From: Schmidtea polychroa
Lineage: Eukaryota
Length of the DNA stretch: 64,000 nt
Direction: 5' to 3'
NCBI GenBank assembly: GCA_044892525.1
Contig: CM097885.1
Coordinates: 255,874,001 to 255,938,000, forward strand
Numbering within the stretch: position 1 is the first letter of the stretch; each line of letters opens with the position of its first letter. Under the pieces are notes generated by a model. It was not told where the DNA came from. It was given only the letters and a program-made list of their open reading frames with translations, and searched no databases. Shown one piece after another: positions 12,905 to 23,525 of the stretch. Both the position numbers and the translations under genes were made by a program.

Positions 12905-14006
12905 GTTTGTTAGCCATTTATTTCATTATTTAACGTCTGACGTAATAATATTTTATGATTCCGTTTAGTTAATCTTATCTTTTTGTAAACCTTTATAACG
13001 ATGACTATAAAACTGTAGATAATTTTCAAATAAAAATTTGTTTTTGTAATAATAAAGATAAGATTAATAAAATTTTTTGCCGAACGAAATTGTTACAAAA
13101 ATTTATCAAGTAAACTCATCACGTAAAAATGATTTACTTAAAGAGTTTCGTAATAGGATGAGCTTTAATTCTTTTATTTGTTTAAATAATACACAAAGAA
13201 GGTGAAATGATTTGATTGGTCGACAGCCTCTCTTTCCTTCTAGTTTTGATTAAAAGGCTTTAACATCCTCATCTAAATGATTTGAAGAGCGGAGTTGACC
13301 AAATTGGCAAAAGATATTGGAGGGCCAGTAGTCTTTAGTGATCACCTTACCATTTCCTGTCTATCATCCTATTATATGAATACCTAACATAGAGGTTACA
13401 GATATTTCGTCAATGGCATTTGGATACAAACTAATGCAATGAAAGTTCCCGTAGTAATCTGTTAAATAAAAAAAATATTAATTGTCTTTTGTCGAGAAGG
13501 GTCTGGTGAAGTAAAATTCGTGTAAATTCTTTGTAAATCTTTGATACTTTTGGAAGCCCTTCAAAGAGACTTTTACTAGAAGAACTTATAAGCAAACATA
13601 GCCAAACTGGAACAGAAGGAGATCAGTATAGAGATCACTATATAAATTATAAGTTGATTTCGTCTATGGATAAAGTTACTGGCGAGGATTAGATCATCGC
13701 AATTATTCTTGAGAAACTGGATTCCAAAGGAAAAGAGAAAATGACAAAGTTCCTATACTTAGAAGATTTAATTATCGGCTCGAGGCTGATAACGTTTTGC
13801 GTGTTTGATCGATGGATATAATACAAACAATATCAAGTTGAAATTCAGGAAATCGGCAACCACAGAGGGTTGATATGATGGAGGTCGGATAGCAGAGGAG
13901 AGGATTGTGTACAAATCGAGATTAAAAAAAAGAAATTTAAGAAATTCTCCAATTAATTTTCAGGAAGTTTGATTTATTGATTATTGTAATGTTATATGAT
14001 GACATT

Positions 14007-14343
14007 ATGATGGTGCATGGCCATTGTGAGTTGGTGGAGCGATTTGTCGGGTTAATTCCGTTAACGAATGAAACTCTAACCTGCTAAATAGTACATTTGT
14101 GGTCTAACGCAATAACAGGTATATAATGCCCTTATATGTCCGTGGCCGCACGCGCGCTACAATGGCAGTAACAGTGAGTTTAATTTCTATCTGGAAATGG
14201 CCGCACAACCTGCAAAGTCACTGTCGTGTCAGGAATAGTGGATTCAAATTATTCCAATTGAACGAGGAATTCCTAGTAATCGCAAGTCACTAGCTGCGAT
14301 GATTACGTCCCTGCGCTTTGTACACACCACCCGTCGTTACTAC
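14007..14343 (+). pseudogene. Degraded 18S rRNA fragment in intron 1 of the NK2 gene
   Basis: GGTGCATGGCC, GGTGGAGCGATTTGTC, GGCCGCACGCGCGCTACA, GATTACGTCCCTGCGCTTTGTACACAC; internal deletions differ from those in the 3875-4309 copy. Confidence 0.92.
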
Positions 14344-16861
14344 AGTTTGAGGAAACATCTTTCACTAGTACATTCAGCAGTAGTTTTCCATTGTGCTCTA
14401 CATTGGAGATTTCTCTTTATATTAAGGTAGCAGAGATCATTAAAAATCTCGTCGGTAGGTTTTGATATATTTTGACCAAATTTTGGTGGATATAAATGTA
14501 TTCTGGATTTTGTGGTTGTTTGATGATCCTTATGACATGTTGACAACAATTTTTGAGTACATTAGAGAACGATTAAGAATTCGTTTTATTAGTTTTTGTT
14601 TTAATAGATTAAGTAGTTTTGAAATCAAAAGTTAATATGACCATTTGGAAACGTATGATTTGTATTTTTTAATACGTCATTCTCTTTGATACAGTTCATT
14701 TTTTACAGGAATTTTCTGGGTTCGTATTTAGCTCGATAAAATCAGAAATTTACGTATTTTATATTTGATTTCGCATTTACCATTTGAACTTGATTTTGTT
14801 TTATATACAGACTTCTAGTCAGTCATTATGCGATTTTGTCACCATGGAAACTTTCTAGACCTTCTTCCAAATCATCTATCCTTCGTATCGTATTAAAGTT
14901 ACCTTCATGTATTTTCCTCTGTTTTCTTTTCGATCAACCTCTATCAATCATTCTGGGTTTTTTATACAAGTTTCAATTTCAAAACCAAATTCATAGTTTC
15001 CAATAGTTTGGGAAGGATGTGCCATCGTTATACTCTTTATTGTCGTTGTCACCTTCACCATTTCCATCATTGCATGTTTGTTTTAAATGTAACGAAAAAT
15101 TTTTCATGAACTCTTTAAAATAGTTCAACAATTTCATACAATCAAATTTTGAAGGTTTATAACATTTGATGTTAAAATCGTTTCCAGAACAATTAATTTA
15201 AATGATTTCAATATATATAATTAAATTAATTAACGTTTTTATTTGAAATAAGTAAACTAAGATTAATTTACCAATTCTTAAAAAAGGATAAATAAATAAA
15301 ATATTTATCTAGAAATTAGGCAGTTTTAAATGAAGATGANNNNNNNNNNNNNNNNNNNNNNNNNNNNNNNNNNNNNNNNNNNNNNNNNNNNNNNNNNNNN
15401 NNNNNNNNNNNNNNNNNNNNNNNNNNNNNNNNNNNNNNNNNNNNNNNNNNNNNNNNNNNNNNNNNNNNNNNNNNNNNNNNNNNNNNNNNNNNNNNNNNNN
15501 NNNNNNNNNNNNNNNNNNNNNNNNNNNNNNNNNNNNNNNNNNNNNNNNNNNNNNNNNNNNNNNNNNNNNNNNNNNNNNNNNNNNNNNNNNNNNNNNNNNN
15601 NNNNNNNNNNNNNNNNNNNNNNNNNNNNNNNNNNNNNNNNNNNNNNNNNNNNNNNNNNNNNNNNNNTTACATAATCTATTATATCAATTAACTTATTCTG
15701 ACCAATCATGTTCAAGCATTTGAATTTATGCGCGTGTTGGCGTTGAAACATTGGTGAACACCTGAAATTGAATCTTTAATATTTTAATCACTTTAGTAAA
15801 TGGTAAATAAATTTTACGTACGAGAATGCGTTAATCGGTTATCATGCCGATTATACAATCATATTAAGGTCTCATTACAATTATTAAACAAGAGTGCTAC
15901 GGGGTGCACAATTTAGGATCCGTGATTCTAGATAATATGATAATACTGTTGATAAACCTTCAGTTTCCATTCACTGGATATGGTTATCATAGGTTTTGAT
16001 AGTGATTATACAGAATGGGGGTTGTGGTCGAACTGATATTGCTTTGTCTATTATATTATTTCTCATTACCGTGTTCATAATTGGTTATGGAAGTGGGTTA
16101 GTTCTTTTAGTTCTTTTCTCGGTGATCTTTTCGAAATCTTTCAAAAGACCTGAAAACATGAAAATCTGTCATCTAAGGGGGAGTGTCAAGTTTTGTTTGA
16201 AAATAATTCTTTCCTTACCTAAGGAAAGTAAATTTAAAAAGACATTAAGTATGTATTTTTGTTAGAAAAACATTTACAAGTTCATTGAAGTGTAAATGTT
16301 TTGCATTTTCATGATATCTTAAAGTTGAAATCCATTGATGAGTGAAAGATTAACATTTCTTGAATCTTGTTGTTAATATGCAGAGAAATCTCATTAAAAT
16401 ATCATCCTAAACTGGAAACTCCTATATTCAATGGAAAGGATAAAGTCCCCATCCGTTCTCTGAACATATAGATATACGAAGATACCTTTTGATCTCAATT
16501 TAAATTTCTATTATTTACTGAATCTCAGCCATGTATACTTTCCTTTACTGCTATTTATCCACCCTAGAGGGATGGGCTGAGCCTTCATCAGAATTCTAGT
16601 GAGAGGGTTAGAATTTTTATTAGTGATTGAGATAAATTATTTCAATAAATATTTGAAGCGTCCTTGCCAAACGGTACATAGGGGGGGGGGGGGGCTAAAC
16701 GAGAATGTTAAGGGCACCCGAAATTTTGATATTCTATTTTTAGAGTGTTGAGTAAATAAAAATTATAATGTCAAACATTTCGAATCAAATCAACATTTTA
16801 AGCAGATTTTACACTTATTGAAATAAACAAAAAATTATTTTCTGAGTGATTTCATTGAAAT

Positions 16862-19180
16862 GCTTCTAGGACATTTACCCCCCAGACATTTACCCCCGGA
16901 CATTTACCCCCGGACATTTACCCCCGGACAAAAAACCCCCCAGGACAATAACCCCCCAGGACCATAACCCCCGGATAATAACCCCTAAAAAAATTTCATA
17001 ACCGCGTCCTAAAAAAATTTCATTTGAATTATTCATTATTCATTATTCTTTTAAATTTAAATAAATAAAAAATACTCATCAAAAATTTAGTTAAAATTAT
17101 ATATGAATTAATGTTATTTTCCAGGTTATTTGTGCCTGATTCCTGATACTTCATTATTAAATTTTTCGGATTTTCCGAAAATAAAATTATTTTTAAATGA
17201 TTTGTTCCTTAAAATATTATTAATAAAAATTCTAATATTCATTCATGGGTTTTTTGGCTATTTTATTGTTAAATAAGTTAAATTAATGTAATACAATTTA
17301 ACTTTTTTATTGCCTGATACTTAATTATTAAATTTTTCGGAATTTCCAATGATTAGGTATAGATTTTGTCGAATCGGAGGTACTTGTGTTTATTTAGCGA
17401 TAGTTGGTGTTTTTTTTTTTAAAAACTATTTTTGAATTGGTTTTTTTACATAATATTTTGTTTGTTAGTTTTAAGGTAATAATTTTATTTTTATTTTTTA
17501 AAGTTCAGTTATTTTAGGTAACCAAAAATGAAATTATGTTTTAGGAATGAAAATTATTTTTAATCAGTATAACATACTATTTCGAGTGGATAAGTGGTGA
17601 CTTAGAGTGATTTTTAAAAAAAAATAAATATTCAATATTATAGACCATCCATTAAAATTAAATATGGAATTTCTGAAATCAAATAGAGGAGCGGAAAAAG
17701 TAGTTTTCGAAGGTTATATATATTTGAAGCAGAAAAATTTAGCTAATGGGGTTGTCTCATTTGAATGTGGAAAAAGGCGTAACAAGGCTGAGAGAAAAGC
17801 AAAAATTAAAGTTCGTGGTGAAGATCTTGTGGGGCGCTTTAATGACCATTCTCATGGTCCAGATCCAGCACAAAAGGAAGTGCTGAAATCAGTTCAAAAA
17901 ATGAAAAGATTAGCAGAAGAAACTGAAGAAACGCCTCAGCAGATAATTACGCAATCTGTTTCTACAATAAGTGAAAGCGCAAAAGCAAAGCTGACAACAT
18001 TATATCATTTGCGTCGTAATATTAGACGTCAGCGTCAAGTTGTCAACAACCCTTTACCAGTTCCACTGAATGTTGACGCCATTGTGATTCCAGAACGTTA
18101 TAAAGTAACAACTGATGGCCAGAATTTTCTTCTGTTTGATTCTGGTACAGATAGTAATAATAAAATGTTGATATTTGGATGTATTCCTTGTGTTTACGCA
18201 TTACTGCAGAACAAAAGACAAGATACGTATAAAGAACTTTTTCAACAATTAAGTATTCTTAATGTCAACTTGAAGCCCAGAAGCATTATGGTTGATTTTG
18301 AATTGGCAGTTATAAATAGTTTGAAGACAGTATTTCCTGACACCCAAATAAAAGGATGTTTCTTTCATCTAAGCCAGAACATCTACCGCAAGGTTCAAGA
18401 AAACGGTCTTCAACAGCGTTACCAGGAAGATTCTGAATTCGCATTAAAAATACGGATGCTTCCAGCACTAGCACTTGTCCCTCCAGAAGTTGTAGTCGGT
18501 GCTTTTGAAGCATTGGCCGAATTACTTCCTGCGAACGTTTTACCAATTGCAGATTATTTTGAAGATTTTTATATTGGCAGACCACAACGGCGTGGACGAG
18601 GTCAAGCCACTTATAACATAGACATGTGGAATATGCACCAAAGAGCCGAATATGAATTACCAAAAACTAATAATGCAGTGGAAGGATGGCATAGAAGTTT
18701 TCAGTCCAACGTAGGAAGTTACCATCCCACCATTTGGAAATTTATTTCATTTATCCAAAGAGAACAAGCTCTGCAACAAGTGCACTGTGCTCAAATGCTG
18801 GCCGGTCATTCATCCCGAGAGTCGAGAAAGAAGTATGTGGATGCCAATATAAGAATACTTTCAATAGTCCGTAGCTACCGTGATCGCAGCATTATAGACT
18901 ATCTAAGTGGAATAGCGTATAATTTATCCTTTTAATTAAATTTATATTCAAATTTAATATTTTTTGGTTATTGTTTGAGATTATTTTTTTATAAAAATAT
19001 GTTTTTTTTATGAGTTTGTTTTTTTTATTGTACGGGGGTTTAGCATGGGGGGTTTTTGTCTGGGGGGTAATTGTCCGGGGGTAAATGTCCGGGTTTTTGT
19101 CTGGGGGGTAATTGTCCGGGGGTAAATGTCCGGGGGTAAATGTTCGGGGGTAAATGTCCGGGGGGTAATTGTCCTGTTAC
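16862..19180 (+). mobile_element. Mutator-like (MULE) DNA transposon, 2319 bp
   Basis: 9-bp direct repeat CATTGAAAT at 16853-16861 and 19181-19189. Inverted terminal arms are built of tandem GGACATTTACCCCC-type units. Central transposase ORF. Confidence 0.92.
17664..18935 (+). CDS. MULE transposase (FLYWCH-like N-terminus plus MULE domain), apparently with an in-frame internal deletion
   Basis: Motifs GYIY..., DHSH, YALL.NK...TY..LF, IMVDFELA, GCFFHLSQ and TNNAVEGWH are present. The DGTF segment expected between MLIFG and CIPCVYALL is absent. Confidence 0.88.
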   Translation: MEFLKSNRGAEKVVFEGYIYLKQKNLANGVVSFECGKRRNKAERKAKIKVRGEDLVGRFNDHSHGPDPAQKEVLKSVQKMKRLAEETEETPQQIITQSVSTISESAKAKLTTLYHLRRNIRRQRQVVNNPLPVPLNVDAIVIPERYKVTTDGQNFLLFDSGTDSNNKMLIFGCIPCVYALLQNKRQDTYKELFQQLSILNVNLKPRSIMVDFELAVINSLKTVFPDTQIKGCFFHLSQNIYRKVQENGLQQRYQEDSEFALKIRMLPALALVPPEVVVGAFEALAELLPANVLPIADYFEDFYIGRPQRRGRGQATYNIDMWNMHQRAEYELPKTNNAVEGWHRSFQSNVGSYHPTIWKFISFIQREQALQQVHCAQMLAGHSSRESRKKYVDANIRILSIVRSYRDRSIIDYLSGIAYNLSF

Positions 19181-20858
19181 CATTGAAATAATACAATTTA
19201 TTGTTTATTCAAAGTTGATGTTCAAAGAAAAATCGCGTTCATTTGAAATTAATACCAATCCGGATAGACGTTCATATTAATTTGATACAGTATTTAGACC
19301 CAATACATTCATTCATAAAATACATCTTTACTCTTTAAACTTCTATTTTTAGTTTCTATTAGAATCATTTTTGAGACGGGTCGACTCAGCTTCGGTAAGA
19401 GTGCGGTCGTGCCTCCCTTCCCACCTACCTCTCTCCCTTCTAGTCACCCTAGCTTCTTAAAACCGATAAAACCGCCAATAATTGAGGTATTGCCTATTTC
19501 AAAAATACTATCCGAAATTATTTAAATCGGTGGAAATCGAATTTTGATAATTAATTTTACTGTTGTTTTTTGTTTTAATTAATTAGTTTTTGTAAACAAT
19601 TTAATTATTTCATTTATTTACCATTTTTAATTAATCATTTTTTAATTAATTAAACATCTCAATTTTTATGATAACATAATGCGCAAATGTGGTTAATATA
19701 AATCCCATTAACAACATATTATTAACAGTTTCAAGTTATAATAATAAGGAATCTAAAGGGACAAATGGGTATAGAGTTCATTAATTTCCCGTTGATTATA
19801 CGAATATTATTTGTAGAAGTCCTTGGCAACTTAATCTACTCAACTTTGCAGATCTTCAATGAAAATGTTTATATAAAATTGACCAGAGCATGAAAGGCAT
19901 CATTTTATCACATATGGACGTTAAGGTTGAGCAATAGGAGAATTCACTGTAACACTTTATTTGTTCTTCATTTTAAGAAATAACAAACAGTACAGAAAAT
20001 TGCAAAATTGGTAGCAAAAGAAATTATGGAGATCAAATGTAACTATTTAAGGGTTTCTTTATTATTATTATTATAAAGTAATGGTATAAAATATTTTTGT
20101 CGGATGTCTCACTCGAATAAAATAAACAGTACAAGCTTTGTGATACCCAGTTCAAATCCCAATAGTAGACTAGTTTCGAGCTTTTGGCTCTCATCAGTAC
20201 TATGCAGGAGGCGCGAAGATTTCTCTTCGCGCCAGGTAAGTATAAAATACTGCTGATTCAACTCTATTGCATAATATCCCCTGTACACTGGAAATCCCAT
20301 CGCTTGCAAATTAGCTTGGTCACAGAAAAAATCTGTAAACTTGTAAACATGGCGTATGAAAAATCATAATCACCTCTGCGGACTAAAAAATTAGTCGATA
20401 CACAGAAACTGTTTACAAGTGCNNNNNNNNNNNNNNNNNNNNNNNNNNNNNNNNNNNNNNNNNNNNNNNNNNNNNNNNNNNNNNNNNNNNNNNNNNNNNN
20501 NNNNNNNNNNNNNNNNNNNNNNNNNNNNNNNNNNNNNNNNNNNNNNNNNNNTGTTTTTAATTTTGAAAAGATTTGGAAGGCTAATTAAAACATAATTCAT
20601 ACATGCATTATAGTGAAATATTTGAATAATAACAACTAAATTCTACCTCAGTAAAACAACTCTCATCACGGGTAAGGTAGCAGCGCAGCGCACTTATCTT
20701 ATTTGCAGACAAGTCATCTCTCTTCTCATCAACGAGCCAATAGAGAATTGTTGAAGAATCTGTTATAATCGCATTTTTATAAGAATTTATTTCATCATTT
20801 TATCTTTTGTCAATTATTATTTTCCCTTTTCGGTTTTGTTTTCACTTTCCAATCACAG

Positions 20859-21264
20859 ATTGATCCAGCATTTTTTCCCAACATGCCGGGAACCGGAAAC
20901 AGTTTCATGATGCAAAGCATCTTGAATCCGAATTCCAGTGAACAAGAACTCGAGAATCCAATTTCAAACAATTCCACTTACGTTTTGGTGCCGACCGACT
21001 CAAACATTCAGTCGAATCCCCAATCAAACTCGATTAATTCAGCGTACGGATCACTGAATCTGGTCAACTGTGGAAACAACTTATTCCAATATTCCACCCA
21101 ATCTAATCATCACCAATATCCCGATATCAATGGGAATGGGGCACGAATTTTACATTGTAAGCAAGAAATGCAATATCCCCCAGACAATATCAGTCCATTT
21201 GAATATCATTTATCCAAATCAATACAAAATAGCTCCCCCTCGCCTTACAAATTATCATTACCAG
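20859..21264 (+). CDS. Dth-1: NK2 homeobox gene, exon 2, containing an eh1/TN-like motif (SFMMQSILN)
   Basis: Pyrimidine tract TTTTGTTTTCACTTTCCAATCACAG ends at 20858. Eight in-frame codons (IDPAFFPN) precede Met 20883. Donor CCAG|GTGAGA at 21265, phase 1. Confidence 0.88.
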
Positions 21265-23274
21265 GTGAGACCTTTGATATATTTATTTATATAATATGAT
21301 TTGGTTGAATACAACGGTTTATTGGTCTATCATATGATTAAGGTTCTTATCAGCTTCTACCAATCATGTAAAAAATATTATTATATAATTAANNNNNNNN
21401 NNNNNNNNNNNNNNNNNNNNNNNNNNNNNNNNNNNNNNNNNNNNNNNNNNNNNNNNNNNNNNNNNNNNNNNNNNNNNNNNNNNNNNNNNNNNNNNNNNNN
21501 NNNNNNNNNNNNNNNNNNNNNNNNNNNNNNNNNNNNNNNNNNNNNNNNNNNNNNNNNNNNNNNNNNNNNNNNNNNNNNNNNNNNNNNNNNNNNNNNNNNN
21601 NNNNNNNNNNNNNNNNNNNNNNNNNNNNNNNNNNNNNNNNNNNNNNNNNCCTGTTATTTATAAAATAAATAAATAATTTCAGACTCAGCATTGAAAGCAG
21701 AAATTGTTGATTTCTTGCAGAGTTGTTTTAGACTTATTAATTGAGATTCGATTGATATAATGCTAAGATTTTTATTGGAGCATTTTTTGATATTGGATTT
21801 TTGTAAAGGATAATGCTAAGCAATTGAGAACATTTGTTTTATTGCTTGACTCCTGGGGTGCTCAACCTTTCTATGGGGGAGTGGACGCAAGTCTGAAATT
21901 TGTGCAATAAGTCTTTCATTAACTTTTTTTTGATTTTCGAAATTTAAATGACAATTATATTTATTTTTTTTCCACAGTTGTTGATTTTTTTGTTTAAATT
22001 AACAAAAATAATTTATTTTGATTAGAACTTTAATAAAAATAGTTAAAATTTCGACGTAAAACTCGAGCTATTGAACATAGGGCCCAAATTTTAGCTAACC
22101 AAATATAGTTAATAGGGGAATCATGATGCTANNNNNNNNNNNNNNNNNNNNNNNNNNNNNNNNNNNNNNNNNNNNNNNNNNNNNNNNNNNNNNNNNNNNN
22201 NNNNNNNNNNNNNNNNNNNNNNNNNNNNNNNNNNNNNNNNNNNNNNNNNNNNNNNNNNNNNNNNNNNNNNNNNNNNNNNNNNNNNNTTATTAAAACTATT
22301 AAAACAATAAACTTTTACATAAATTCACATTTTTTATTTACTTGTATTAAATTTTATAAAAATTTGAAAATTTGTTAAAAAGTGTCCCAAATGTTCCAGC
22401 TTGAATAGCCGAATGAATTCTAAGAAATTTAATAAAAATATTTAAATGAAATTTTCAAATGGTTGTTCGTACAAATATGAATGAATAATTTTGGCTATAA
22501 ATTTAATTTTTATATCAACAAGCAGGCCTGAATTAATCCTTAGGCTGACAAGGCTGAAGCCTAGGACCCGACTGGCGGGGCCCCAGATTTTGTATTATTA
22601 TTATAAAAATTTATTACATCTTTTAATTATTTGCAGATTATTATATTTATGTAATATAAGTAAAAAATTATTTAATTATAATACCTTTCTAAAGTAACAA
22701 TTTCACGAATGCACAATATTTTTTCAAATTTTTGTTTAAAAAAAATTATAAAAGGGCCCCATAAGATTTTTAGCCTCAAAAGTAAATTGGCATTATTAAA
22801 AGCTCATTTTTAATAATGCCAACTCTCAAATTTCCTGTTTCTAATACTTGCCTATCATCCTATCACTTCATTCGATCCCAAAACATAAAATCGCAATCAA
22901 TTAGCCAATAGAAAACTCGGAGCTCCGGACATTTTATCAAGACCTTGAATAGTTAAAGAATGTTTTTCTGGTTAAATTAAAAAAGAAGTTGCACATAGCC
23001 TATGTGGAATTTATAGTTATTTTTTTATTTAAAAATAATATAAGACATCGCTGAAAAGGAGTAAATGTAAAATTGAAAAACTGACACTATTCTGCATTAG
23101 CATAAATTTCATTTTCACTCATTTAACATATATTTAAAAGTAAAAATTGAAATGTCAAATATCAAAAATATCAAAAGGGGATTTTAGTAAATTAAAATTA
23201 AACTATTTTTCAAGCCGCAGTTTTAAAGGATGGGAATTTTTTTTACGTAGCACCAACAAAATGACCATATAATA

Positions 23275-23525
23275 CAGTGGTAGGCAACCCAAATCAATCG
23301 AAGGGCCAAATTTTCGGAAAAATACTATCACGGGCCACAATAAATTCGTTTAAATAAATATAACTCGTTTTTACGATTCAAGTAAACTTAGAATCAATTT
23401 TTTAAATTAAAAACATGCTTAATTCGAATATGAATTCTAAAAAAGACAATTATTGATATTTGATGTTTAAAATTGTGTCCGGGCCACATCAAAACGCTTC
23501 GCGGGCCACCGGTTGGCCATGGCTG
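23275..23525. mobile_element. hAT MITE in NK2 intron 2
   Basis: CAGTGGTAGGCAACC ... GGTTGGCCATGGCTG; TSD ATATAATA / ATCTAATA. Confidence 0.7.

Noticed and set aside
13160-13980. GC-richer blocks here and at 25500-26040 resembling decayed LINE coding sequence
   Set aside because: No motif I can assign with confidence; needs BLASTX.
3875-14343. Functional rDNA unit or contaminant rRNA
   Set aside because: Short fragments with substitutions and deletions in universally conserved positions, and no flanking ITS or 28S.
18310-18663. 117-aa minus-strand ORF
   Set aside because: Antisense shadow of the MULE transposase; no motif.
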